NCBI GenBank assembly: GCA_023136245.1
Contig: JAGLRO010000003.1
Location: forward strand, 1-61,968
DNA from: Candidatus Heimdallarchaeota archaeon
GTDB lineage: Archaea > Asgardarchaeota > Heimdallarchaeia > Heimdallarchaeales > Heimdallarchaeaceae
Length of the DNA: 61,968 nt
Direction of reading: 5' to 3'
The translations under genes were made by a program, and so were the position numbers. The notes below the pieces were generated by a model, which saw nothing but the letters and a program-made list of their open reading frames with translations, had not been told where the DNA came from and made no database searches. Shown in pieces: positions 45,210-55,206 of this stretch (position 1 is the first letter of the stretch; each line of letters begins with the position of its first letter).

Positions 45210-47153
45210 TTGTATTCAATAAATCACGAAGAGTTGGATATCTTGAGTTATAAAGAAGTATTGGAAGAAACATCTCAAAAGATACTTGCAGAACTACCAA
45301 AGAATTCAGAGGTTTCTCTAATAGAATTTGAAGGTCCAGAAGTTGCAGTTTATTCTAAAAATCCTAAAGTTTTAGTTGATGATGAAACTATAGTCAAAGA
45401 ACTTGCAAAGAAATTAAGAAAACGAATAGTTATTCGTTCTGATCCTGGAGTTAGATTAGCTAAGGATGAAACAATCTATATAATAAATGAGCTTGTGGGT
45501 AAGGAAGGGGAGATATCAAAAATTGATTTTGATGAATTAGTTGGTGAAGTTATCATTGAAGCATTGAAACCTGGAATAATTATAGGAAAATCAGGGGAAA
45601 TGTTGAGAACTATTATTTCGAAAACTCTCTGGCGCCCACGCGTCATGAGAACACCACCCATAGAATCAAGAGTCATAAAAACAATTAGACACCTTTATCA
45701 AGAGCACTCTAAAAGGAGGCAACAAATTCTTCGAACAATCGGAAAAAGAATCCATAGACCGATTATATTTAGGGATGATACTATTCGAGTAACAGCTTTG
45801 GGAGGATTTGCAGAAGTTGGTAGAAGCTGTGCTTTGATACAAACAGGAGAAAGCAAAGCAATAGTAGATTGTGGGATAAATGTAGGCAGTAACAGTCCGA
45901 ATAACACATTTCCTCGATTTGACTTACCGGAATTTGATATTGATGAGCTTGATGCTGTTATAATATCCCATGCACATTTAGATCATTCTGGATTCATACC
46001 TTACCTCTTCAAATATGGCTACCAAGGAGCAGTATATGCAACACGTCCAACACGCGATTTAATGACCATGTTGCAAATTGACTATCTCGATGTTGCAAAA
46101 AAAGAAGGAAAAATGCTACCCTATGAACAGAAAGACATTCGAGAATCAGTTCTACATACAATAGTTCTAGATTACGGAGAAGTAACAGATGTATCACCGG
46201 ATATAAGATTAACGTTTCATAATGCTGGTCACATTGTAGGTAGTGCTATTCCCCATTTACATATAGGTGAAGGAGTTTATAATTTAGCATTTGCTCAAGA
46301 TATTAAATTTGCAAAATCAAACCTTCTGGATGCAGCAAATAATCGTTTTCCAAGACTTGAGACACTTTTCATAGAATCAACATATGGAAAACCTCAGGAT
46401 ATATTACCACCTAGACAAGAATGTGAAAAACTACTACGAAACATTATTTATGATACTATTAAGAAAGGAGGAAAAGTTCTAATACCTGTGTTAGCCGTGG
46501 GAAGGGCACAAGAAATACTAGTAGTAATAGAGAATCTTATGAGAAAAGGTGAACTTCCAAATATACCAGTTTATACAGATGGCATGATAAGAGAAGCATC
46601 TGCCATTACGACAGCACACCCAGAATTTCTATCAAAAAATCTAAGAGAAAGGATTTTTCACGCAGGACAAAATCCGTTCCTAGCGGAACAAATTAAACAA
46701 GTAGCTTCGAGTGAAGAAAGAGAATTAATCATTCAAGGAGATCCAGCGATAATTGTAGCAACAAGTGGGATGCTAAATGGGGGACCAAGTGTTCTATATT
46801 TCAAAGAATTATGCAGTGATCCAAATAATGCCCTTGTTTTTGTGAGTTATCAAGGAAAAGGAACGCTAGGAAGTAAAATACAAAAAGGGATTACTGAAAT
46901 ACAAATGGTAGAGAAAAGAAAAACAGTAATGTATCACATAGAAATGGCAGTACATAGTATGACGGGATTTACAGGACATAGTGATAGAAGAGAGCTAGAA
47001 AACTATATAATGAGGGTAACACCAAAACCGGAAAAAATAGTGGTGATTCATGGAGAAGAATCCAAAGCTGTCAAATTTGCTTCTTGGGTTTACAAGACCA
47101 CCAAAAGAGAGACCATGGCTCCTCCCAATGGTACTACTATTAGATTACGATAA
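45210..47153 (+). CDS. aCPSF1 beta-CASP/MBL ribonuclease with N-terminal KH domains
   Basis: VEFEGPEVAVYSKNP-type N-terminus, the KH loop IIGKSGEM, the MBL motif HAHLDHSG, beta-CASP motifs and a C-terminal HGE. The start is apparently TTG. Confidence 0.9.
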   Translation: MYSINHEELDILSYKEVLEETSQKILAELPKNSEVSLIEFEGPEVAVYSKNPKVLVDDETIVKELAKKLRKRIVIRSDPGVRLAKDETIYIINELVGKEGEISKIDFDELVGEVIIEALKPGIIIGKSGEMLRTIISKTLWRPRVMRTPPIESRVIKTIRHLYQEHSKRRQQILRTIGKRIHRPIIFRDDTIRVTALGGFAEVGRSCALIQTGESKAIVDCGINVGSNSPNNTFPRFDLPEFDIDELDAVIISHAHLDHSGFIPYLFKYGYQGAVYATRPTRDLMTMLQIDYLDVAKKEGKMLPYEQKDIRESVLHTIVLDYGEVTDVSPDIRLTFHNAGHIVGSAIPHLHIGEGVYNLAFAQDIKFAKSNLLDAANNRFPRLETLFIESTYGKPQDILPPRQECEKLLRNIIYDTIKKGGKVLIPVLAVGRAQEILVVIENLMRKGELPNIPVYTDGMIREASAITTAHPEFLSKNLRERIFHAGQNPFLAEQIKQVASSEERELIIQGDPAIIVATSGMLNGGPSVLYFKELCSDPNNALVFVSYQGKGTLGSKIQKGITEIQMVEKRKTVMYHIEMAVHSMTGFTGHSDRRELENYIMRVTPKPEKIVVIHGEESKAVKFASWVYKTTKRETMAPPNGTTIRLR

Positions 47154-47157
47154 TAAT

Positions 47158-47649
47158 CTATAGTTTAAAACTCCACACTTTATCCTTCAGATGATGCAAG
47201 AGATTTATTGCTTTTCCTTTCTTTGATTTACTAAAATTCTTTGAATCGATTATTGACACCCCAACACCTATTATCGTGTTTGCTTTCTCTTCTTTTATTA
47301 CAACTTTTGTTCCCTTTTTTATTTCCTTGTCGAAAGCAACAATTCCAGGAAACATAACATCTGCACCATTTGTGATGAATTTAATAGCTCCAATGTCAAC
47401 AATTACTTCAGGCAAATCAAAACCTGTTTCTCGCATAAAGTAGATTGAGGGAAGAATCTTTTCATTAATATAGAAAAACCAAACTTTGCTATTTTTTACT
47501 AGCAAATATCCTTCATCAGTTTTTACTTCTTCTAAAGGAACGGATATTTCGAAGTAAGATGAGATTCTTTCTCCATATTCTTGTTCCAATTCTTCTAAAA
47601 GGAGTTTTTTCTCCTTTTTAGACAAAATTTTTCTCTTCTTTACCAGCAT
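47158..47649 (-). CDS. PUA-domain protein (MCT-1/Tma20-like)
   Basis: A pre-PUA N-terminal part and a PUA core (GADVMFPGIVAFDKEIKKGTKVVIKEE..NTIIGVGVS). Confidence 0.65.
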   Translation of the reverse strand: MLVKKRKILSKKEKKLLLEELEQEYGERISSYFEISVPLEEVKTDEGYLLVKNSKVWFFYINEKILPSIYFMRETGFDLPEVIVDIGAIKFITNGADVMFPGIVAFDKEIKKGTKVVIKEEKANTIIGVGVSIIDSKNFSKSKKGKAINLLHHLKDKVWSFKL

Positions 47650-47675
47650 TTTATTTCTGTCCAGTTAGGAGTTTA

Positions 47676-48110
47676 TTATTTTAGTTTTTCTAGAATAGAA
47701 TTGTAGTCTCCCTTAATTGCTTCAAATCTTTCTTTTGAAGACATTCCAAGTAGAAACTTCTGCTCTTCATTCTCCAATCTTCTTGCGTATTCATCTCTTA
47801 GTGATGTAATAAAATGATCAATCGCATCTTGTACATTTGATAGTAATTCCACACCAGGAGTAGGGATCGTATATATGTATTTTAAAGTAGGATAAGTATC
47901 TGCGCTTCTTTCAATCAAACCGATATCTAACATTTGTTTGAGATGTTTTTCTACAGCAGGTCGAGATATTTTCAATTCATTTGTAAGCTCATCAGCAGTT
48001 AATTTCATGGAGCTTAGAAGTGACAGAATCTTTCTTCTAGTTCCATCTCTGAAAATCGAGTAAATAACATCAATAACCGGAGAAACAGTAGTATTAGAAG
48101 GCATAAGCAA
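47676..48110 (-). CDS. ArsR/TrmB-like winged-helix transcription regulator
   Basis: RRKILSLLSSMKLTADELTNELKISRPAVEKHLKQMLDIGLIE is a canonical wHTH. The C-terminus is helical. Confidence 0.7.
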   Translation of the reverse strand: MLMPSNTTVSPVIDVIYSIFRDGTRRKILSLLSSMKLTADELTNELKISRPAVEKHLKQMLDIGLIERSADTYPTLKYIYTIPTPGVELLSNVQDAIDHFITSLRDEYARRLENEEQKFLLGMSSKERFEAIKGDYNSILEKLK

Positions 48111-48317
48111 TTCTAAAATGGTTTTGCTTCCTTAAATTATTGTCGGTTGAAACTTTATTCTACAGTATTAATTGCATATTTTCTTATTGGGTGGTAAAGT
48201 AGTCATTTGCTTAAACCGATTAGCTAAAGCTTAAAACTAATGAATTAGAGATGTTTCCTTGTTGATTTAAAAAAACATTAAATAAATTGATGTAGAATTA
48301 GAATCATGGTGAAATGA

Positions 48318-49220
48318 ATGACTCAGAATGAAATTCAAATGTATAAGGAGCTTTTAGAACTCTTAGAGAAAAGATATGATAATGGGGAAATTGATAAAGA
48401 GAGTTACAAGGAGCTTAAAGAACGTTACAAAGAAAAATTAGAAGGAGTAAGGGAAGAATTAAGAAGTTTAAAGGATGCTCCTGAAATCAAAGTTTCAGGT
48501 GAAAAAACTCTTACAAAAGATTCTGTAACTGTTTCTGGTTCAGCTAGAATTTCCGGAGGAAAAGTTATGAGAGACATAAGAATTTCAGGATCATGTAGGA
48601 TCAATGGAGATGTTGAGTGTAAAGCATTAAAATGCTCTGGAGCTGTAAAAACTTATGGTAATATCATTGCACACGGAGAAATTAAATGTTCAGGTTCTTT
48701 CAAGAGTGAAGGATACCTTCATGGTGACAATAATGCAACATTTAGTGGAGCAGCTAAAATAGGGGGAGAACTAGTTATTCAAGGAAAATTATCAGCGTCA
48801 GGTTCATATAAAGTAGATGGAAATACTCAAGCAAAACAAGGTGTTGCAATTAGTGGAACATCACAGATCTATGGGAGTATATTGTCTCAAAATACTGTCA
48901 AAATTGGCGGAAAATCCAATGTAGAAAAAGATATTATCTGTGAGAACTTAATAATTGAAGGTAGAAGAACTGTTTTTGAGTCATGGTTCTTTCGAAAACT
49001 GAAAAAATTGGTTCATGTTTATGGGAACATTGTAGCACAAAATGAGATTGATATCCAAGATGTTGTTGTAGAAAAGGATATCAAGGGTCGTTCAGTTAAA
49101 CTAGGGCCAAATACTTTGGTTCTTGGGACTGTCTATTATGTTGAAGATCTGTTTCTTAGTGAAGGAGTGAAACTTGAAAACGAATCAGTCAAAATAGAAC
49201 AAGCTGATTTAAAACTCTAG
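48318..49220 (+). CDS. SHOCT-like helix plus bactofilin-like beta-helix repeat protein
   Basis: The N-terminal LLELLEKRYDNGEIDKESYKELKERY is SHOCT-like. About 200 aa of SG/GG-punctuated repeats follow (VSGSARISGGKV..ISGSCRINGDV..CSGAVKTYGNI..CSGSFKSEG...). Confidence 0.55.
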   Translation: MTQNEIQMYKELLELLEKRYDNGEIDKESYKELKERYKEKLEGVREELRSLKDAPEIKVSGEKTLTKDSVTVSGSARISGGKVMRDIRISGSCRINGDVECKALKCSGAVKTYGNIIAHGEIKCSGSFKSEGYLHGDNNATFSGAAKIGGELVIQGKLSASGSYKVDGNTQAKQGVAISGTSQIYGSILSQNTVKIGGKSNVEKDIICENLIIEGRRTVFESWFFRKLKKLVHVYGNIVAQNEIDIQDVVVEKDIKGRSVKLGPNTLVLGTVYYVEDLFLSEGVKLENESVKIEQADLKL

Positions 49221-49246
49221 TCTTCTCCTCTTTTTACATCAATTTT

Positions 49247-50764
49247 CTAGAGTTGATATATTCTTGAGAATTTCTGTTTGATATAATCAATGAAGTATTC
49301 GGTTGTTAATGGTTTACCAGTAACCCTTTCAATTAATTCAAGTGAATCATATAATCCTCCTTTAGAATGAATGTTATCCCTTAACCATTCTCTTATTGGA
49401 CTGAAAAATCCATTCTGTAAGTTTGTATGCCATTCAGGAATATCCCTTGTCAAAGCCATAGTAATTTGTGAACTCATAATATCTCCAATTGCATATCCAT
49501 GAAAATAACCCCAATATTGAGAGAACCAGTGTAAATCTTGCATAACACCTAAAGTGTCGGTTGGAACATCTACCCCAAGATACTCTTTGTATTTTTCATT
49601 CCATACTTCGGGTAAATCCTTTATCTCTATCTTTCCATCAAAAAGATCTTTTTCAATTTCAAATCTAATAATTATATGCAAAATGTATGTAACTTCATCA
49701 GCTTGAATTCGTATCAATCCAGGATTTACAGCATTTATCCCAAAATAAAAGGAGTTCACACTTATATCATCAAAAATACCTTGTGTTAGTTTCTGAAATC
49801 TTGGATAGTAATATTCCCAGAATTCAATTGAACTGGCAATAAGATTCTCAAAGAATCTAGATTGTGATTCTCCTAAACTTGGAGAATCAAGTCGATAAAT
49901 AGGTTGTCCAATCCATTCGGGATTTGCTTGTAATCCATCAATTGCATGACCACATTCATGTGCCCCTGCAAGAAATGCTGATAAGACATTGTTTTCGTGA
50001 TATTTCACTGTTACACGAACATCTGAAGGACCGCAACCAATGGTCAATGGATGTTCCACTTCATCTATTCTTCCAACACCCTTGTCCTTTGAATAGTCAT
50101 ATTCGAAGTAACTTGCCAAATCTTGAACTAAATCTACTTGTACTGCTCTGGGTATATTCCTAGAGAGAAATGAACGATCAATTTGCATTGAGGATTCCTT
50201 GCATTTCTTTACGAATGGTACAAGAAAGGATTTCACTTCATCAAAAAGCTGTTTTAGTTTGGTTACAGAAAAACCTTTATCTCTTTGATCAATCAAAGCT
50301 TCATAAGGATCGTTGATATTTTTTGATTTCGCTAATAATTCAGCAGCTTCAATATTAAGTGAAAAAAGATTTTCTAAATCTGGAAGAACCATTTGAAAAT
50401 CATTTTCAGCTTTTGCTTTTTTCCAAATCTCAAGTGTCTTGTTTGATTGTGCTGCAATAGAACCAACTAATCTACCAGGAATAACCGTTCTATTATCATA
50501 TTGCCTTCTTAATAGCACCACGTTCCTTCGTTGGAGTTCATCTAATTCATTATTTTTTTCGCTTATTGATATTAAATTAACCATTTCAGTGCTAGTCCAC
50601 AACTTATGAATTCTTTGACTTAAATACTGAAATTGTTTGGTGCGAAATTCCAATCCTGATGGAGGCATGTATGTGTTCATATCCCAATATAAAACATTAC
50701 TAAGTGTTCCTAGTAATTGGATCTCTTTAAATTTCTCAAGTAATTGATCGTATTTAGATGACAT
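49247..50764 (-). CDS. M32 (Taq-type) metallocarboxypeptidase
   Basis: The HECGHA zinc motif (HExxH), the HPF-like EHPLT motif and a length of about 500 aa. Confidence 0.85.
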   Translation of the reverse strand: MSSKYDQLLEKFKEIQLLGTLSNVLYWDMNTYMPPSGLEFRTKQFQYLSQRIHKLWTSTEMVNLISISEKNNELDELQRRNVVLLRRQYDNRTVIPGRLVGSIAAQSNKTLEIWKKAKAENDFQMVLPDLENLFSLNIEAAELLAKSKNINDPYEALIDQRDKGFSVTKLKQLFDEVKSFLVPFVKKCKESSMQIDRSFLSRNIPRAVQVDLVQDLASYFEYDYSKDKGVGRIDEVEHPLTIGCGPSDVRVTVKYHENNVLSAFLAGAHECGHAIDGLQANPEWIGQPIYRLDSPSLGESQSRFFENLIASSIEFWEYYYPRFQKLTQGIFDDISVNSFYFGINAVNPGLIRIQADEVTYILHIIIRFEIEKDLFDGKIEIKDLPEVWNEKYKEYLGVDVPTDTLGVMQDLHWFSQYWGYFHGYAIGDIMSSQITMALTRDIPEWHTNLQNGFFSPIREWLRDNIHSKGGLYDSLELIERVTGKPLTTEYFIDYIKQKFSRIYQL

Positions 50765-50855
50765 ATTGGTTCTATGTATCTTTTCTTATTATATTGAAAA
50801 AGTTAACTAAAAACAGCTATGAACAAGATTTACAAAAAAAATTTGTTGGAACAAA

Positions 50856-52118
50856 TCATTTTGTTCCTTTGAATCTTGCCTTATCTCCCAGTTGTTCTTC
50901 TATTCTTAACAATTGATTATATTTTGATGTACGCTCTCCCCTCGCTGGAGCACCAGTTTTTATTCTTTCAGCATTCATTGCTACAGCTAAATCGGCGATA
51001 AATGTATCTTCTGTATCTCCTGATCTATGCGACATGTTAATACCCCATCCTTCACTTCTCGCCATTTTTGTAGCTTCGAAAGATTCTGTTAGTGTTCCTA
51101 TTTGATTTACTTTAAGTAAAAGATAATTTGTAGCTTTTTCATCAATTGCTATTTGTATTCGTTTAGGATTTGTAACAGTTAAATCATCTCCTACAATTGA
51201 TATATTGGGGAGTTGTTTGAGAAGTTTTGCAAAGGATGCAAAATCATTTTCATCAAAAGGATCTTCAAGAGATATTATAGGATATTCTTTAACTAAGTCA
51301 ATATAATAATCAACTAAATCATTTACATTCATTCTTCTTCCGTTCAAATCATACAAGCCATTTTTATAAAATTCTGATGCTGCTAGATCTAAACCAATGG
51401 ATATCTCTTTGCTTGGTTTGTAATTTGCAGCTTCTATTGCTTCTACTATCATTCGAAGTGCATCTGGAGTAGTATCAACCGGACTTCCAAATCCTCCTTC
51501 ATCCCCCAAATTTATTACAGAAGGTCCAAATTTCCTAAGTTTCTTTTTTAGAATTTGATAAACTTCACATGCAGCTCTTAACGCTTCGTTATATTTCCCA
51601 AAACCATGTGGGATAATCATAAATTCTTGAATTTTTAAATTCCCCCCCGCATGCTTTCCTCCGTTGATGACATTAAGCATTGGTACAGGTAAAGATGTAG
51701 CATTTTTGTTCAAATATGCATAAATGGGTAAGTTTAAGCTATCCGCAGCAGCTTTACACACCGCAAGTGAAACACCTAACATAGCATTTGCACCAAGATT
51801 CGACTTATTTTCTGTACCATCGAGATCTAACATCAGTCGATCAATATCTTCCTGATCTGTAGCATCAACTCCAAGTAACATTGGTTTTATTCTTTCACTA
51901 ACATTATTGACCGCCTTTAAAACACCTCTTCCAAGAAAACGATTTTCTTTGTTGTCTCTTAATTCGAAAGCTTCATGCTCACCAGTTGAAGCTCCTGAAG
52001 GAACTATTGCTCTTCCAAAACCATTAGATGTATAAACATCTACTTCAACTGTGGGATTTCCCCTTGAATCAAGGACTTCTCTAGCTGCTATGTTCTTTAT
52101 CTTAGACATGATATTCAA
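50856..52118 (-). CDS. eno: enolase (phosphopyruvate hydratase)
   Basis: AREVLDSRGNPTVEVDV, SGASTGEHEA, and LLKVNQIGTLTES followed by SHRSGDTED. Confidence 0.95.
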   Translation of the reverse strand: MNIMSKIKNIAAREVLDSRGNPTVEVDVYTSNGFGRAIVPSGASTGEHEAFELRDNKENRFLGRGVLKAVNNVSERIKPMLLGVDATDQEDIDRLMLDLDGTENKSNLGANAMLGVSLAVCKAAADSLNLPIYAYLNKNATSLPVPMLNVINGGKHAGGNLKIQEFMIIPHGFGKYNEALRAACEVYQILKKKLRKFGPSVINLGDEGGFGSPVDTTPDALRMIVEAIEAANYKPSKEISIGLDLAASEFYKNGLYDLNGRRMNVNDLVDYYIDLVKEYPIISLEDPFDENDFASFAKLLKQLPNISIVGDDLTVTNPKRIQIAIDEKATNYLLLKVNQIGTLTESFEATKMARSEGWGINMSHRSGDTEDTFIADLAVAMNAERIKTGAPARGERTSKYNQLLRIEEQLGDKARFKGTK

Positions 52119-52156
52119 GAATTGAAATTATGAATACTTCTTAAGTATTTATGTAT

Positions 52157-53161
52157 TTAGTTGTTGATTCTGAAATGCTCAAATCCATCTTTGGGAAGTT
52201 CATATTTTTCGAATAATTCATCTTTGATTTTTATTTCTTTATGACTGTTATTGAATGAACCTATACAGTATATTGAAAAACCCAGATTCTTTGTGATTTC
52301 TAAAAATTCATCTTTCTTATCGAGAGCAATTGCAAAAATCATCTCAAATTCTTCTCCTCCTGTGAATGCTAGTTCCAACGGATTTATACCTTTAGTTTTG
52401 GAGAAATCTCTTATTGATTCAGAGAGAGGTACATAGGTTACATCTATTCCCATTTGATTTAATTTAGACAAATCTGAAAGAGTTACAAGAAGACCATCTG
52501 AGCTATCCATACATATGATTATAGGAAAGTTCTGTAATAAATGAAGCAGATCAATTCTTGCAATAGGCTCATAAACTGAAAGTAAAGCTTTTTTCTTCAG
52601 TTCAGATGGAACTATCAGATTCTCAAGTAAGATTCTAAAACCCAAGGATGTATATCCAAATAAACCAGTTGAAAAAAGTAAATCTCCGTTTCGAGCACCT
52701 TTTCTAGGTATTATTTTTTTATCTTTACTTACACCGAGAGAAACAACATCCACAACAATATCAGAACTTTCATTCAAATCCCCTCCTAGGTATAAAACAT
52801 TATAATAATCACATTGTTCTCTTATCCCTGTAATCACATCTTTCGCCTTAACAACTTCTGTTTCAGCTGGAAATCCAATACTTGCCAAGCAGACTAATGG
52901 TTGTACTCCTTTTGCTATTATATCACTCACAGCCATTGTTACAGCTTTTTTTCCCATTTGTCTGAAAGTCATTTCAGGTAAAACATCAGTCTTATTGACT
53001 AGCATATCTATATTTATAACAAGTAATTCTCCTGATGACAACTTTATTGCAGAAGCATCGTCATTAAAATCGAGTTCCGATTCATCAACAAAATGAGAAA
53101 TCTGAGATAAAAATTCTCTCTCTCCGATATCTCTCATTTGTTGTTTTGAAGATTTTTTCAT
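52157..53161 (-). CDS. thiL: thiamine-monophosphate kinase (AIR-synthase-related)
   Basis: IGEREFL, DDASAIKL and LGGDL/GGDLN motifs, with a PurM-like N- and C-domain arrangement. Confidence 0.7.
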   Translation of the reverse strand: MKKSSKQQMRDIGEREFLSQISHFVDESELDFNDDASAIKLSSGELLVINIDMLVNKTDVLPEMTFRQMGKKAVTMAVSDIIAKGVQPLVCLASIGFPAETEVVKAKDVITGIREQCDYYNVLYLGGDLNESSDIVVDVVSLGVSKDKKIIPRKGARNGDLLFSTGLFGYTSLGFRILLENLIVPSELKKKALLSVYEPIARIDLLHLLQNFPIIICMDSSDGLLVTLSDLSKLNQMGIDVTYVPLSESIRDFSKTKGINPLELAFTGGEEFEMIFAIALDKKDEFLEITKNLGFSIYCIGSFNNSHKEIKIKDELFEKYELPKDGFEHFRINN

Positions 53162-53257
53162 AATTTATCCTCAAAAGACTTTGATTTCATCTTTCAAATA
53201 GATTTCCCAGAAATTTGAGTGTCTTATAATAAAAAAGGGATAAAAAGTAGTAAGGCG

Positions 53258-54097
53258 CTATATTCCAAACATACCATATACATAGAAGAAGAAAACAAAT
53301 AAACCAATTGGTAAGGCAATTGCTAATGCAGCGGTAATCCATGACATTCTTCCTACAGTTCTCAAACCAATGGTTGCATAAACAATCATGATAATCCACA
53401 TAATTATCATTATAACACTGAATATGGTCATCCATATAGAATCATATAAATTCAGAACATATGTAGCAAATTGTTGAAAATTATCTGGAGATCCAACATT
53501 ACCTGATGGTCCTAGAAGTGTGAAGATTATTCCTAACAATTCACCAATAGCAACAGGAGCAATTGAGTATCCAACAATTGTGCGAAACTGTTTTGTTGAT
53601 GCATCTGAACCTAGCATAGCGGCAATTTTTGAGATTATCCAAGTTCCTAAAGCAAACAGCAATTTATAGATAATCCAAATCATAAGTGGTAGCAATAACA
53701 GTGTTACAAAGAATAAGATTAACCCTATTGTTATATTAATGTGGAATCTTTCAGGGTTTCCTAAAACAATAAGAAAAGAGTATTGTAATCCAGCTTTAAA
53801 CATAACGACATAGAATCTCAATGAGAGGAAAAGAGAGAATATAAGTAGTATTAAGTTACCTCCTTTTGATTCTGTAGCAACACCAAATTCTTCACTTGTT
53901 TTGAATGGATGTCGGAAGAAATTATATAAGCGAATAAATACTTCCTTTAATTTGGGTTTAAAGGCAAATTTCTTTAATTCATATTCTAAAAGTCCAAAGC
54001 CACAGAATGGACAAACAGAATATTCCAAAGGAACTGATTCAGTACAACTGGGACATTTTTGTGTGTTCTCACTCATACTTCTCAAATCATTATACAA
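53258..54097 (-). CDS. Yip1-domain membrane protein with an N-terminal zinc ribbon
   Basis: CPSCTES...CPFCG ribbon, then 5-6 TM helices. The FRTIVGYSIAPVAIG segment is typical of the Yip1 domain. Confidence 0.55.
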   Translation of the reverse strand: MYNDLRSMSENTQKCPSCTESVPLEYSVCPFCGFGLLEYELKKFAFKPKLKEVFIRLYNFFRHPFKTSEEFGVATESKGGNLILLIFSLFLSLRFYVVMFKAGLQYSFLIVLGNPERFHINITIGLILFFVTLLLLPLMIWIIYKLLFALGTWIISKIAAMLGSDASTKQFRTIVGYSIAPVAIGELLGIIFTLLGPSGNVGSPDNFQQFATYVLNLYDSIWMTIFSVIMIIMWIIMIVYATIGLRTVGRMSWITAALAIALPIGLFVFFFYVYGMFGI

Positions 54098-54182
54098 TTT
54101 TAGGTTTAATATTTGTTGTGGCTAGAAGTAAACGAAATTAGATAAAATATCAGTAAGTTTCTGTTATGAATAAATGATATTT

Positions 54183-54938
54183 CTAAGATTCTTTTCTATT
54201 TCGAAGATTTTTTGAGTTCAATACGACGATAATTATTGCAATAAATGGTAAGTAAAACGCAAAATCAATAGAATAAGTACCTTGCTGATCTTTTATCTCA
54301 AGGCTAGTTTTTGACAGAGAAATATTTAATTTATATAATCCAAATGATGTGGATGCTTTGAGTAATATTCCTGTTTTCTTGTGATAATAAAGAAGAGAAT
54401 CTTGCCCATAGTAGTTTGTAACATTAAAAACATTAACTTCCAATTCCTCAACTGTTGTGTTAATATTGTGTTGATATTGATCCATAACATTGAAAGAAGT
54501 GTTTTTGTCTTGTGCTTGTAGAACAATGTTCTCCCAATCTGAAGCATTTGCAAAAAAACCACCATTCCATGGATAAATGCTCAGAATCAATGCAGATGCT
54601 ACATCAATATTCCTAACATTAGTAAAAGTACTACTCCCTAAAACAATAGTACCGTTTATGCTATTTTCATTCACTGAAGTGACATAGAAATGGATTTTTT
54701 CTCCCTCAGATAGGGACCAATTTCCATAATTTGTACCAGGAGGCCAAGCACCATAAAAAGCATTTGTAGTATTGCTGAATTCTATTGTATCATACTCAAA
54801 CCAATCACCAGCGACTAATCCATTTTCCACATCACTAGTAGCTGATAATGTGAAAAGCGAAACGAAAAGAACTAAAAACAAAAAAAAGGTAAATTTTCTG
54901 TAACGTAGTATTCTGATTTTCATATTCAGATAACTCAA
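54183..54938 (-). CDS. secreted, sequon-rich surface protein with a C-terminal TM anchor
   Basis: Signal peptide (FFLFLVLFVSLFTLSATS), at least 8 N-x-S/T sequons, and the C-terminal IDFAFYLPFIAIIIVVL helix plus a basic tail. Confidence 0.55.
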   Translation of the reverse strand: MSYLNMKIRILRYRKFTFFLFLVLFVSLFTLSATSDVENGLVAGDWFEYDTIEFSNTTNAFYGAWPPGTNYGNWSLSEGEKIHFYVTSVNENSINGTIVLGSSTFTNVRNIDVASALILSIYPWNGGFFANASDWENIVLQAQDKNTSFNVMDQYQHNINTTVEELEVNVFNVTNYYGQDSLLYYHKKTGILLKASTSFGLYKLNISLSKTSLEIKDQQGTYSIDFAFYLPFIAIIIVVLNSKNLRNRKES

Positions 54939-54983
54939 AAACTTCTTATCTATAAAGCATTTGATTTCTTATTTGTTTAAAAA

Positions 54984-55078
54984 TGGCGGACCAGGCAGGA
55001 TTTGAACCTGCGACCTCCGACTGTCTTCAGTATATACTTCCGAAGGCCGGTGCCTTATCCATACTAGACTACTGGTCC
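54984..55078 (-). tRNA. tRNA-Arg (anticodon TCG) with a 17-nt canonical intron (55023..55039) and an encoded CCA
   Basis: Acceptor stem GGACCAG/CTGGTCC, D stem GTCT/AGGC, anticodon stem CCGGC/GTCGG, loop CT-TCG-G|intron|A, T arm GCAGG-TTCAAAT-CCTGC. The BHB motif has the central helix CTTC/GAAG with bulges GG|A and AC|A. Confidence 0.85.
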
Positions 55079-55206
55079 ATTATTGTATGTCGTTCTTTTC
55101 CTTTTCATTTTTATTTTTTCTGTTAACAGATAGAGAAATATAACTTTTACTAGCTTGAATAAAAATTTATTAAAAAATCCATCATATTTCTTACATTAAT
55201 CTCTAC

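Noticed and set aside
53187-53435. 82-aa ORF overlapping the 3' end of the Yip1/zinc-ribbon gene
   Set aside because: It lies in a different frame of the same strand inside a well-supported membrane-protein CDS. It is Cys/Trp/Asn-rich with no motif.
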